The notes: generated from the letters alone by a model not told the origin. Numbered from the stretch's first letter, positions 1-12,386 are shown. The stretch: 64,000 bases of DNA from Gracilinanus agilis (GCF_016433145.1 NC_058130.1:421260006-421324005); one strand, 5' to 3'. Translations and numbers: made by a program.

Positions 1-267
1 CATGGACCAATCTTCAGCAGAGCTGTGCTTTAGATACTCATGGGAGCAGGCAATTGAGGGCACCCTGGCTGGGGTGGGCAGAGCAGCAGCAAAGACCCAG
101 CTGAGACGCAAGAAAGGAGTGTTTTAAGAGGGAGACCTCGATGTCATGGAGAGAATGAGGAAATGAGTAAAGAGCACTAGACTTGATTATTAAGGAATCA
201 TTAATGACTCCACTCCCAAAAGTGCTAGTTTTAAAAGACATGGTCTATCAAAAGTCGTCCTCTCACC

Positions 268-468
268 TTTTTTTTAAAACCCTTTTCTTCCATCTTAGAA
301 TCAATATTAAGCAATAGTTCCAAGGCTAAAGAGTGACAAGGGCTAGGCAATTAGGGTTACTTGCCTTGCCAAAGGTCACACAGCTGGGAAGTAGCTGAGG
401 CCAGATTTGAACCCAGGACCTCCCATTTCTAGGTCTGGCACTCTATCCACTGAGCCACTCCACTGCCC
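268..468 (-). mobile_element. SINE1_Mdo-like tRNA-derived SINE
   Basis: Reverse strand has gggcagtggagtggctcagtggatagag (A box), gggttcaaatctgg (B box), a core, and an A-rich tail. Confidence 0.85.
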
Positions 469-879
469 TCATTTTCTTTCATTATTATGTGTCATTCCTT
501 TTCTACATATTTTATCCTATCTGCCAGAGAAATGAGTTTTGTACTACATTTGCAGTTTATATATTTTTACCTTCACTGCTTTCTCTTTTTGAAAACTATT
601 AAACACTTAGGTTTATTTTTTTTCAATAACACAGCTCATATTTATGTAGCTCTTTAAGATTTTCATTGTGCTATTAAATCACCTCTAATCTCACCACAAT
701 GCTGGTAACCCAAGCCTTGGATTGATAACATCTCCCTTGGTCTCTTCTCTGTTTGGAGGGCAGAGTAGTAAATTTCTCCCAATGACTTCCTTTATAGAGG
801 AAAGAAACAAGACTTCCTGGCTCACTCTACTCTGTATCTGTCACTTTGCCTTGACTCACCTCCATGAAGCAAGCTACCC

Positions 880-1062
880 CCTCACTAAGCATCCCCTGGT
901 CTTCCTCTCCCTTCCCTCTTATTTTTCTACCTCCTTTTGTGTGTCTCTTCTTTGGTGGTAAGCTCCTTGAGAGCAGGGACTATCTTTATTAATTGTATCT
1001 TCAGTGCCTGCCACAATGACTGGTACTTGGTAGGTGCCTAATAAATATTTGTTGGAATAGAT
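880..1062 (+). mobile_element. L2 LINE 3' end
   Basis: gtaagctccttgagagcagggact...ggtgcctaataaatatttgttgga is a typical L2 terminus. Confidence 0.75.
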
Positions 1063-1414
1063 TGGGTTAAATCAGTACCTAGGACATGGGCTCAGAAGAA
1101 AGCATAAAGACTCACAACACCAGGCAAGAGAGGTTCTGCTCAACAGAATAAGACCATGAATGAACTCCTCAGGGGTTCCAAGGTGTAGCTCTGCAAGTAG
1201 CTTCCCAATAAAGCTACAAGGAAGTTAGACTCATGAACCAAGAGTACCCTAACTATGGAAGATTTCACAGCCACTCCTGGCATGTCCACTTCAGGATGGG
1301 AAAGAGCTTCCTTATAGATATAAGGCATGGCCCTTGTGCTGAATACAAAACTATCAGAAGAGTTTTTTTCATTTAAAAAATATTCAGTAAAGTATTTTTT
1401 AATGAATGAAAAGT

Positions 1415-1655
1415 TCAGAGAGAGAACTGGGTCTGGAGTTAGAAAAACCTGAATTCAAATATAGCCTCAGATACTTCCTAACTATACTACCCTTAGCAAG
1501 TCACTTAATCTCTGCCTGCCTCAGTTTCCTCATACATAAAATAGGGGTGAGGATTGATATGAGGATCAAATAAAATAACAATTGTAAGATACTGATCACA
1601 GTACCTGGCATATATAGAAGATACTATATAAATGTTAGCTATTATTAGTTGTTAC
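1415..1655 (+). mobile_element. MIR-family SINE
   Basis: CORE motif caagtcacttaatctctgcctgcctcagtttcctcat and an L2-like tail taaatgttagctattatta. Confidence 0.8.
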
Positions 1656-2160
1656 TATTACTAAATAATAGCACTAATGACTATTAGTAGTATTACCATT
1701 AGTATTTTAATATAATAATTAATAATATTAAAAGGTACTGTAATGCAGGATTTAGCATTACAGTACAAATCAGTTAGAATGAAATTTCAATGTAAAACAG
1801 ATAATTTATTGGTAAAAATCTGCTTTTTAAAAATGAAAATGAAAAGTTCTAGATATTCATTGAAACCATAGTTGAAATGAAAAATCCTCCCAGACTAGCC
1901 TCTAGTCCATCACTTCATAAATACAAAGCCTAACGGTAAAACAGAAAGAGAAACTGATCCCCAAACTACACCAACTAAGCCATAAAGTTTGTTCCTATTT
2001 TATACTCATTCTTCTCTTTTGAAGTTGTGAATGATGAAACAAATAAAACTCACATGGCCTCAGAGGTTCCTTTTCAATGCATTAAATTTTAAATCCATTT
2101 TCAAAAATGCAGTACACATTCCCTGATAGCATGATATTTTATCAGATCTACTAAGAACAT

Positions 2161-2167
2161 TACTTAC
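2161..2167 (-). promoter_or_regulatory. FHOD3: 5' splice donor of FHOD3 exon 2
   Basis: Plus-strand tacttac is GTAAGTA on the sense strand, a consensus donor. Confidence 0.92.
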
Positions 2168-2274
2168 CCAGCATCTTCCTGGAAGCCTTCTAGTTCATCT
2201 CGTTGCTCAGCTAAAGTTGATTCCAAATCCAAATATGTACCATTGTGAGAGAGTTGCAGTGTACAGTCATCAAG
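2168..2274 (-). CDS. FHOD3: FHOD3 (FH1/FH2 domain-containing formin 3) internal coding exon, exon 2; part of the N-terminal GTPase-binding region
   Basis: Reverse complement reads ttttcttttacAG|CTT GAT GAC TGT...GAT GCT GG|GTAAGTA. It is 107 bp (35 codons + 2 nt) with no stops and translates LDDCTLQLSHNGTYLDLESTLAEQRDELEGFQEDAG. This matches my recall of human FHOD3 (LDDCTLQLSHNGAYLDLEATLAEQRDELEGFQDDAG) and differs from the FHOD1 paralog. It is absent from the ORF track because it is a short internal exon. Confidence 0.96.
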
Positions 2275-2299
2275 CTGTAAAAGAAAACATCAAATGAGG
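2275..2299 (-). promoter_or_regulatory. FHOD3: 3' splice acceptor, polypyrimidine tract and candidate branch point of FHOD3 exon 2
   Basis: Sense strand is cctcAtttgatgttttcttttacag. The yUnAy branch motif has its A at 2295, 21 nt from the exon. Confidence 0.85.
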
Positions 2300-3058
2300 T
2301 TTCTGCTTTGATAAAATCTACGGGGGGGGGGGGGAAGGGAGAGCAACTCCATCTTCTAAAAAATCTCATTATGTTCAATTTAAAGTTGTATTATTTTGTA
2401 TTCTTTAAAGTTTTATCATTTAAAGTTGTATCATTTGTAGTTGTAATACTTGGATTAAAACCAAACTCTACTACTAAAACATATGGAATAAAAATGCTCT
2501 AAAATAATAATATTGGATGTTATCTAATAATTCAGATTTGCAAAGTATTGTACCAATACTATTTCATATGGAACATGGAAGGTCAAATGAAGGGAGTTTT
2601 TTCACAAATAAACTGTAAGCAAGTCATTAGCATTCTCTCGAAGTGAAATTAACACTTACAGAAAAATAGTCTGTAAGGGCTTTTGATACCAAGCTGCCCT
2701 GAGTCTCTGGAACCCTTGACCTAGAGCAACATGCATAAGCTAATAATGCTTTTTATTTCATGCATAAAGATTCAGTGTAAAAAAATAAATAAACAAAGAT
2801 TTTCAGAGCTTCGATGTAATTAGAAAATACCTTACCTAAAGTTATTGAGCAAGCAAACATTGAATCCAAAACTGAAATCTATGGATTTATCTTCTGACTA
2901 ATGAAATCTCTACTTTGCCACTCTATTCTGTGTTATGAGAGACCATGAAATAACAAACAATCCTTGCCCTTAAGAAATTTATAGCCTAATTGGGAAAGTA
3001 GATGTATCCATTTAAAAAAAGGCAATAAATTATAAGCACCAAATAAATTGGTATAGAC

Positions 3059-3262
3059 CAGTGATGGGCAAACTACAGCTCACGGGCCAGATGTTGCCCC
3101 CTGAAATGTTCTGTCGAGCCTCTGGACATTATTCCTAATCTGACGAATACAATGAGTAGGATACAATACAATGAAACTTCAAAAGAGTTGCCTTAGAAAC
3201 AGACTGACAGATGAACATTTCCTTTCCTTTGGCCCCCTCTTTAAAAAGTTTGCCCATCACTG
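3059..3262. mobile_element. Non-autonomous hAT (Charlie-like) MITE, 204 bp
   Basis: Perfect 16-bp TIRs cagtgatgggcaaact / agtttgcccatcactg. The 8-bp TSD is gtatagac (3051-3058) / gtataaac (3263-3270), 7 of 8 matching. Confidence 0.93.
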
Positions 3263-3414
3263 GTATAAACAATCAAAATATACACAATGCAAAACTGCCA
3301 TATTGAAATGAGTAATATTTTAGAATTGCGATCTTTAGTTACAGTCTATGATTCTATTTTTCGCCACCATTCTCAATAGAGTTTGATTTAGGAAGCTCAT
3401 TCTCTTTTTCTACT

Positions 3415-3990
3415 TTTTTAAAATTACATGTAGAAAAGTTTTTAACAATTGTTATCTGACATTTTGCTATCCAGATTCTTTCCCTCCCTCCCTTCCATCC
3501 TCTCTCTCCCCAAAACAGTAAATAGTCCAATATAGGTTACACCAGCACTGTCATACAATACATATTTCCATATTCTTCATGTCATTGAAGAAGATACATA
3601 TCATACATGCAAGAAAAAATTCATGAAGGAAATAAAGTGAAAATATGTTTTGGTATGCATTCAGACTCCAACAGTTCTTTGCAAGGCTGTGGGTGGCATT
3701 TTTTATCATGGGTCCCCTAGAATTATCTTGAAACCTTGCATTACTGATAAAAGTTTAGTCCTTCACAGTTGATCATCTTACAATATTTCTATTACCATAT
3801 ATAGTGTTCACTTCATCCTACTCACTTTGCATCACTTCATATGTCTTTTCAGGTTTTTCTGAACTCATTCTGTTCATCATTTCTTATGTCACAATAATAT
3901 TTCATTACAATAATATGCCACAGCTTGAGCAGCCATTCCCCAGTTGATGACCTCCACTCAGTTTCTAATTCTTCGTCACTATGAAAAAGG
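3415..3990 (-). mobile_element. Marsupial L1 3' end fragment
   Basis: Reverse of the L1 3' UTR / ORF2 tail, including cagccattccccagttgatg and tctttttcaggtttttctgaa-type landmarks. Confidence 0.8.
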
Positions 3991-4214
3991 AAGGGAACCC
4001 ATTCTTGCCTTTGCATTCTGCATACCATACTAACATAATCATGGAAACAACACTGGTTTCTGAGAGTGATAGAAATAGATAGGGTTTGGTCAAGAAAGAG
4101 CTAGGCAGACAGTGGATGGTCAGGCCCTCTGGAGGAAGAGAAATAGTTAGCATTTCCTGTATGAACCCTTTCCTGAGTCTCCCCACCCAGTTTCTAATGC
4201 TCTATCTTATTTTA

Positions 4215-4365
4215 AAATCTTTGTACTATTTGTCTATCTCTGTTATATGCCCTGGACACTAAGTAGAATGCAGGCTTCTTGAGAGCAGAGGCTTTCATTT
4301 CTGTCAGTAACTAGTACAGTATCTTATACATCCTGACTGCACTTAATAAAGGTGTACTGAATTGT
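4215..4365 (+). mobile_element. L2 3' end
   Basis: gtagaatgcaggcttcttgagagcagagg...cacttaataaaggtgtactgaatt. Confidence 0.65.
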
Positions 4366-5331
4366 TGCATTTTTGTTAGATCATAGCTATAAACAATAAA
4401 AAGAATGTTAGACAACAGGTAGACAACTGTTTATCAGGTAGGCAATGATAGACCTCTGGAAATCTGAAGAGATGGACCTCCTAATATGTGTGAAAAGTAC
4501 CATGTCAGAGAAATCTGGCAGCAGGTAATTATGCAAAAGTCTAGGTAGCTAGACTATGTCAAGAAGACTAGGGAGAGCAAAACAGGAAATCTAGCCTCAC
4601 AGGAGTTGGACTAGTGGGCAAAGAATCAAGGCAGAGACAAAAAACAAAGACATTATTAGAACTGGGATAGAAAGAAATGGTCACAAAGAACAAAGCAAAA
4701 GGCTAAGCTACTGAGAACAAAAACAAAAACAAAAAAAAAGGGCAAGGAAAAACCAGCAATAAGGTAGGCAATCATGAGTGGTCAAGTTATAAAATGAAGA
4801 ATCTTTTTGACTTCCCTGCCATGGGAGACCTGCAATTAAGGATGAAGTGACCCCCAACTAGGGAGATCAGAGGGATTCAGTGGCACCAATTAGTAAAAAT
4901 CTAGACTCTTCTTAATCATCAGTCTTCAGAAGTCAAGATAAATAACTGCATTGGTCAAAGTTTTTCAAAGTTGTTTAATTTTACATTATTGTATTATATA
5001 AATTGTCCTACAAGTTGTTCACTTCACTCTGCATCAATTTATGTAAATCTTCTCAGATTTCTCTAAATCTATGCTTTCTTCAATTTTTATAAGAAAATTA
5101 TAGTCCATTATACATATAACCATAATTTATTCAGTCATTTCTCAACTGCTGTACTTCTTTCTTATTCCAGATTGTTAATGATTCTTAGATCTTCTGTAGT
5201 CAAAAAACAACAAGCCCAATTTATTTGCCTTTCTAATTTTAAATTGTTTCCAGATGTGCCATTTTAGGAATTATTAACAATTAAATAATCCAATCTCAGC
5301 ATGTCAGGCAACCATTTATCAGGTAGATATT

Positions 5332-5632
5332 GTGTTATAGCAGAAAGAGCACATGATTTGGAGTTAGAGGATATGGGTTTTCATCTTGGTTCTTTCACTT
5401 AACACCTTTGTGACCTCAGTCAGTGGAGGCAACACCCATCCTTCAATTGGTTGTTCAATCACAAACTCTGGGGTTAACTTGGTTCAAAGCTCCTTCTGAT
5501 GCCTATATAATACTTATGTTACATTAGGTAAACCATCAGCCTCTCTGGATTTCAGTTTTCTCATCTATAGAATGAAGAGGTTAGATTAGATAATCTTTGA
5601 GGTTTCATTTAGTACTATATCTATAATCCTGT
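5332..5632 (+). mobile_element. MIR3-like SINE interrupted by an insert of about 100 bp (about 5420-5520)
   Basis: The 5' part ends at ctttgtgacctcagt and the 3' part resumes at tcagttttctcatctatagaatgaagaggttagattag. Confidence 0.6.
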
Positions 5633-8600
5633 AAGTTCCATGTTCTTTGAGGGGAAAGACTTGGTACCATAAAAAAAAGATAACATAAAAACACCAATCT
5701 CAAAAAAGTCAGTTGTTAAATTAATTATAGCTATCCAAGAAAATGCTACCAGAAATAGAGAGATTCAGAAATGAATTCTTCCAAATCTTCAAAGAATAAT
5801 CCCTCTATTATTACGTAGGTTCTCTAAATATTAAAATAAAGTGAGGCAGGAGTGATTTTCTAATCCAAACCTGGAAAAAATAGAAAAAATTAAAAAAGAA
5901 ATGTACAGATCACCCTCACAATTGAAAATATTAATTTGTTCCAACACAATTTATATATTAGGAAACCCTTTGAGTATCACTCAAATTTAGTTTGCTTCTG
6001 GGTGATTTCTTTTCAGGAAACACCTTGAATGCAGAAAATAGATCACTTCATAGTAACTCATAGTAACTGACATCCACTTCCATAAGCAAACTTTAGGTTT
6101 TTGTTGAGGTGTAATGCCATATTTATTGTTTATCTTCTGGTACAGTAGACCCATGAACATAAAATGGCACTTTCCACCATGACTGAGGGAGGCCTCTAAT
6201 TTAGGCCTGGTAACTTGTAAGATACTGTGTCAGAGCTCCAGGAACCATGGTAGTGTCTGAGCAGTGGCCCAAAGTCTGAGGTGCTGTTTATATTTATTAT
6301 AGCATTTATGTATTCTTAAACATTTAACACATATAAAACTGCTACCATTTTTATTAGGTTCCTATATTCTTTTCAAAGCATCTCTGACAAAGTTTCTTAG
6401 TGTTATACCTATCACCCATGTCCTTCATTAGATCTATGGTTTTTATTGTGTAATTTTGCATAGAGTGGTTGGGAATACATATCTCATGTTATAGCAGAAC
6501 TGACTCTACGTGATACTAAAGGTAACAGAGAGCCACTAGAATATATTAAAGAGGGGTAAAGGGGTTGAGGGAAGGGGCATAGTCAGAGTCAGACATGTGC
6601 AAAAAGATTAATTCAAGAGCTGAATGGCCTGGAGTGGGGAGAGATGTGAGACAGAAAAACAAACCAGCAGGCTTTCCCAACAATCTAAGCATGAGGTGAT
6701 AAGGGCTGGGACCAGTGTGGTAGCAGTAGCAGAGAAGAAAGGGGGGGGGCATATACAAGAGATGCAATTATAAGGGGGAAAAAATTAGGTCTTCACATTT
6801 CTAAGAATATCTGTTTGAAAGCAAAAGCTGATGAAGAATCAGCGATAGAATGAGAAAAGGCTCTTAACACTCCCTTTATGGAGTTACAAGTATTCATCAC
6901 TGATTTGTATTTATAACTGCATGGCCACTCTCTATTAAAGGGGTCAAAGTGGATCATTAAACAACCTACATTCCTCTGTGGAAGGACACATCCTCCTCTT
7001 TACCAACAGGGATACAAGATTATTCTGGGATGTTTTTTACACTGCTTTTGATGGACAGAACACTTAAAAAGAATCAACAGAAGCAGGCTTAATAAATACA
7101 AGAGAAAGGATGATATCTCAGCTCCTGGATAATTTACACTCTTCTCTTTGTGCCTTAATCCAGTGAGGTGGAAGGTTACTGGGGACTATTTAATGACTAG
7201 TAAGGTTTTGTCTGCAGATCCCATGTAAGATAAAGTGATCCTTTGTGCCTTCAATTAAATATATGAATAACTCTGGCCTTTATCTGTATGAAAGAAGTTG
7301 AGACAAATAAATGCTAGTGTTACTCTTAAAATCAGATTTAGTTAACAGTATGGTTAATACTGCTCTTCAGAAGTTTAAAAGAAAAAGAAATCCTGACAAT
7401 TCAAAATATACTATGAAACTAGCCCAATGCCCATAACTTCTGCTATCTACAGGAAATTTTCTTAATGAGAAAAATCCATTCTACAGACACACTGTCTCTA
7501 TCAGAATCACATTTCTGAGACCCCCAGAGTGGCCGCTCTCCCTTCCCTCTAAAGCTAGAGGTACTGTATACCCAGTAACATGTAGGCTACATATCTGAGG
7601 ATATGTACTTCTAGGTGAGCCATATGGACTGGGAGCACAGCCTTCCCCATCAGTCCTAGACAAGGCCTTGCCCCTGTTTTGGGTCATTGCATTATTCTAC
7701 TAAGCCACCATAGCCACTACAGTAATATCTAGTGCCAAAGGATGGTTTTGTTAGAAGGCTACTTATACTCTAAAGCTATATTCATCATGGCATCAATATA
7801 CACAAGTTGGTATGTACTGTCATCTGCATCTTTTAAGACAAAAAAAAACTATTCCCCATGCTGATTCTTAATTTTGTGAAATCTAGAGTGGGCATTTCAA
7901 GAATAGAATTAACTGTCTGATTTGACAATAGAAATAATAATGAGTTTATATTTATCCAACATTGTGCAGTCATAATATACTTTATATATACTATCTTATC
8001 TGGTCCTTGTAATAATTCTCTCAAAAAGTCAGTTTAACTACTATTATCCCCATTTTTTCAGAAAAGGAAATTGAAGCAGAGAGGCTTCTTGCCCTAGGTG
8101 ACAAAGCCTGGAAGTAGCGGAGCTTGGAATCAAAATGAGGTTTTCATTCTAAATCTAATGCACATTACTGCCATTTCAATTAAATGCTTTTGTCTGGTTG
8201 AAAAAAACTAGTATCCAATCATGTAATTAAAAGAAAAACCCAGACTAGATTTTTCTTAGTTTTTCTAAAAGGTTAAAGGAAAAGGTATCTTGATGAGAAA
8301 GAATTAAACAGATTTTATGTCCATTTTGAATTTTATTTTCCAAAGAATCCCTTATACATAACAGCAAACCTAAATTCCAGAAACTGTATTATTTATGTAG
8401 TGACTATCATCATCCCAGCTCCAGGACTGACCAATATATTCTCAACTCCAGCTAAAGTTACTAGTCTAGGTTTACCAGAAACATTAACCAATATCAATGG
8501 ACTTGAGCCAGAGCTCTGATTTCCTAAAGTCAAGCCAAATTTTAAAAACAAACTCTGAGGCAATAATGATAGGACTTTGATGAGTATAAAAGGGCCTTGA

Positions 8601-9207
8601 AAAGAATGGACAAAAGCTCATTTCTCTTAAACAAAGACTTTTGGTAGACCTAGCCTGGCTCCAAAATGATGTTTATCACAGGGTTCTTGAGCTCCACTGG
8701 GCCTTGTCTTGATTTTTTTTCAATTGGTCAATTCTAAAAAAGCTTGGGCTCCATTTTGCTTAAATGATGCTTCTGTTGCTATGCAACTGTGAATCCTGCA
8801 GCTTTCTGAAACATTGCAGTTCCTTTAAAAACATAGAAAACACTCAGTTTCAAGAGGGCTAGCAGAACAAGCAAAGAAAGTTTTCTCTTAAGCACAGCTA
8901 CCTAAAAACAATATCAAACCTCCCTTTTACATTTCTTACCAAATATGGCAATAGCTATTTTGGTTTTTAATGTCTTTAGTCTTTCAAAATGGGAGGGGGG
9001 AAAGGGAATAAAAAGCAACCCTCAACAAATCAAAAAGAAGAATAGACAAGAACACCACTGTTTCTTCTTCTCATTACAGGTGAAACACATATACTTATCC
9101 TAAATATAGGCATGTCTCTAACTTACAAACAGTTGGTTTATAAGGGGTCTCAAATACATAAACAGGTGACATGGAAATGATTGTCCACAGCTCTTGAACC
9201 CTTAGAG

Positions 9208-9412
9208 CAGGGATATGCAATGTATGGCTCTCGAGCCATATCTGGCTCTTTTGAGGGCCAGATATGGCTCTTTCTGCAGGAGCCATAAAGTCAATTTTTT
9301 TCAGGCGCTGTTACAGGAGCAGCACTGTGAGCACTATACGACTCTCACAAAATTACATTTTAAGAAATGTGGTGTTTATGGCTCTCACGGCCAAAAAGGT
9401 TTCCGACCCCTG
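9208..9412. mobile_element. Non-autonomous hAT (Charlie-like) MITE, 205 bp
   Basis: Perfect 8-bp TSD ccttagag (9200-9207 and 9413-9420). Imperfect TIRs are cagggatatgcaa on the left and caggggtcggaaa (reverse complement of the right end). Several CpGs are retained. Confidence 0.92.
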
Positions 9413-9659
9413 CCTTAGAGGTAACTGCCCTTCATTCCTTAATTCACAACATCTGAGTGGTAATAACCTCAAGTGTAAACACAAACCACTTGAGAGAACA
9501 AACAAGTTATTGGTATCCAGGGATATGTACCCTCTCTGTGTCTCCCTTTGCCCCAGGTTGTTAGGGAGATGTGTTCTCAAAATCCTGAGCTGAAAACTGG
9601 AAACTATTTTCCCAAAAATAATATTAATAATAAACTATTAGTAGAAAATAAATGAAATA

Positions 9660-9890
9660 GAAGGAGTTGGAATAGTAAAAGTAGTCATAGATATGACAGA
9701 GAGGTCAGTTAGAGCTGATGGCTCCCTTGAAGATGTTAGAAGTAAGCAATGTAAGTCTCCAGAACATTACGTGGACCTGTGAAGCTAAGAATATGGACAA
9801 AGTCACAGATGGACAGGGATGACTAAGTGGCTATCTGTATCACTGCAGGGAACTTCCAAAGTTATTAAATCATAGATCCATATGAATAAT
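9660..9890 (+). mobile_element. Degenerate RTE-type LINE 3' fragment
   Basis: Resembles recalled RTE 3' ends (acagatggacagggatgactaagtggctatctgtatcactgcagggaacttcc). Confidence 0.4.
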
Positions 9891-10569
9891 AATGAACTTC
9901 AAAGTCCTCTGTCTTTCATGGACTGATTAATGAAAAAATCTCCATTCTACAAATATGAAAGACCCTGGAGAGTTCAACCAATAAACTGTACATGTACTGG
10001 ACCATCATCACAGATTAAACTGGTATTCATAATTGCCTAGAAATAACATTTATCTATAAGAAAAATAAATAGTAGTTGATTTGAAAAATTTTCCAAGATA
10101 CATAGAACAAAAAAAACTTTCAATATAAAGAAATGTAGGTAAGTAATAAAAATCATATGAGAAAGAATAACATGTATTATCCCTGTTAAACTGTCTACCA
10201 CTCAAATTGTAACTGTGAATGATTTCAGTGAGTTTAAAGAAGATAAGCTTCCATCCTAATAACTTTATTGAACAAAAAAGCAGTTGAATGACTTCACTGG
10301 GGTCATACTAGCATCATCCCAAATAAGTAAAGAATCTAACTTTTGATAACTGTTGATAATTAATGCATTTCTCTTTCCAATATATGGAAATATTCCAATC
10401 TCTTTCCATCATATCTGTCTTACTATGGTTCCCACAATAATTTTCTGAAATTAATGACTTATAGGAAAACTATTTGCAGTTAAGCTAGCAGGTAACAGTC
10501 TAATATCAGTAATTTATAAGTAAATGCTACATATCTGTTAGAATAATATTCAGTACACAGAGAGGAATA

Positions 10570-10860
10570 AAAGGATAGGAATAAGCAATTTTTGAGGAAA
10601 TCAAATTACAAAGGAAAAGTTATTCAAATTCACTAATTGGAGAAATATAAAACAATTTATTCTTGAAATACTATTTATACCCATCCAATTGAAAAAATAA
10701 CTAAAAATGAAAAAGTTCAATGTCAATGCACTGTTGAAAAGTCAAAGATATTCAAAATTTACAGCAGATTGCATCAAAATCTTGAAATACAATTTGTAAT
10801 AAACTTTATAAACACACAGAAAAATTTAGATGAAGATAACTAAACAAATGTTTTTATTGT
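10570..10860 (+). mobile_element. Old L1 ORF2 C-terminal fragment
   Basis: Degenerate equivalent of the KSLIIREMQIKT...PIRLAK region. Confidence 0.55.
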
Positions 10861-12330
10861 TATTTTGTTCAAAGGAATTTTACCTAAATGATAATTAAAA
10901 CTTAACTCCATATATTGTTTATCAATATCTGTTGAATGTTTTGCTTAAAAATTTTAATGAATTTGAACATCAGTATCCAAAAATGAATTAGAGTAGTTTC
11001 TTTATTTCCTATATCTCAGAAGAATAAGAGATTGCACAAATACATGATATTAGTCTTTTTTGTCAGAAAATGATGCTTATATACAGAAATTAGAGCTTGG
11101 AACTCATATATGTGTGCTTCTTTCAGATTTACAAAATACTTTCTTATGTGCTCAAAGGATACTTTTCTCTTTCTCTACCACTGACCCATGTCTACATTTA
11201 TGAAAAAGTTTATTTTTAAATGGTACTGTTTCATCCATTTAAATGTGAAAGGGAACATATTTGAATAAAATACTAGAAAATCATGTTTCGCAGAATTTTT
11301 CTTTTTTTTCTAAATGCTTTCATTTAAATCTTTCCTTCTCCTACCTACCCTCACTAAAATATTGACTAACCACTGGATAAATCTGAGATGAAGTAATAGG
11401 TCTTGATCAGAATGTTCAAAATTTTGAGGTTCATTTTGCCAGAGGTAAACTAAATATCAGCATTTCCTTAGCATAGGTAAGTATGTTTTATTTACTCTGG
11501 TTTTTTTGCCTTCTGATTTCATTTGTAGAAAGAATATCAATATGATATGCTTCATCTTTTATTTATTTAAGATTTATAACCTACTTACTTCTGTAAAGAG
11601 TTAAGGCAGATAAAAAATATAGTTCAAGGTAAGACATTTAAAGATTAAAATAATAAAACAGTTGATCTGAAGGAATAAAGTAGAAGTATAAACCTGGCAC
11701 TAAAGAGAAAGAGATTACTACTAAATATGACAAAATTTCCTAGTAGCTAAGGCAAAAGGAGGAAGAGAAATATTGAGCTACATTCATTTTCTGATAAAAG
11801 TAGAATATTCAAATGCAAAATCAGGGACAATTTTTCCCTGAAACTAAACTAAAATTTGAATTTAACCATAAATGCTTTCACAGAGAATACTGAAGATATC
11901 TCATACATTGCTGCACAATCAAGTTTTATAAAAGAAAGTGTTTTAAGTTGAAGAGTTCTGTGATAAGCCCCTAGAAATAGCCTAAACACCAACAATGCAT
12001 GTCAGACCTAAGAGCTCTCAAGGAACAATCAATCCCTTTATTTTACAGATTCAAAATCTGAGGCTCAGAGAGAAAAGGTATCCATGTTTATGCAGATACT
12101 ATTGGCAAAAATGAAACTACAAAGCAGTACTAATGCCACTATAACAAGAGAATTTTTAAACACTGGACACACTAATTCAAAAAAAATGTATCATATATCT
12201 ACTATAGCAACTGTGTTAGGTGCTGAAAATATGGAGACACAAAGCTAAAAAGTTTTCAAAATTAGCCTTAGCCACAGGCTATGTATGATTTTGCTATCTT
12301 ATGACACTGCCTCTGCCCACAAGGAGGGAG

Positions 12331-12386
12331 GAAGGAACGAAGGAAGGAACGAAGGAAGGAACGAAGGAAGGAATGAAGGAAGGAAC
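12331..12386. repeat. 12-bp unit tandem repeat (gaaggaaggaac)x4 plus a partial unit
   Basis: Units start at 12339, 12351, 12363 (ending in t) and 12375. The array sits at the tail of an antisense MIR. Confidence 0.95.

Noticed and set aside
1310-1325. ccttata-ga-tataagg palindrome resembling paired CArG half-sites
   Set aside because: It does not fit CC(A/T)6GG, and a 7-bp arm is expected by chance in AT-rich DNA.
5259-5268. CArG match CCATTTTAGG (also CCAAATTTGG at 58242-58251)
   Set aside because: Isolated, or inside an L2; several such matches are expected by chance in 64 kb.
9095-9593. Four overlapping ORFs of 63-109 aa
   Set aside because: They overlap a 205-bp non-autonomous MITE, show no transposase motifs, and resemble no protein I know.
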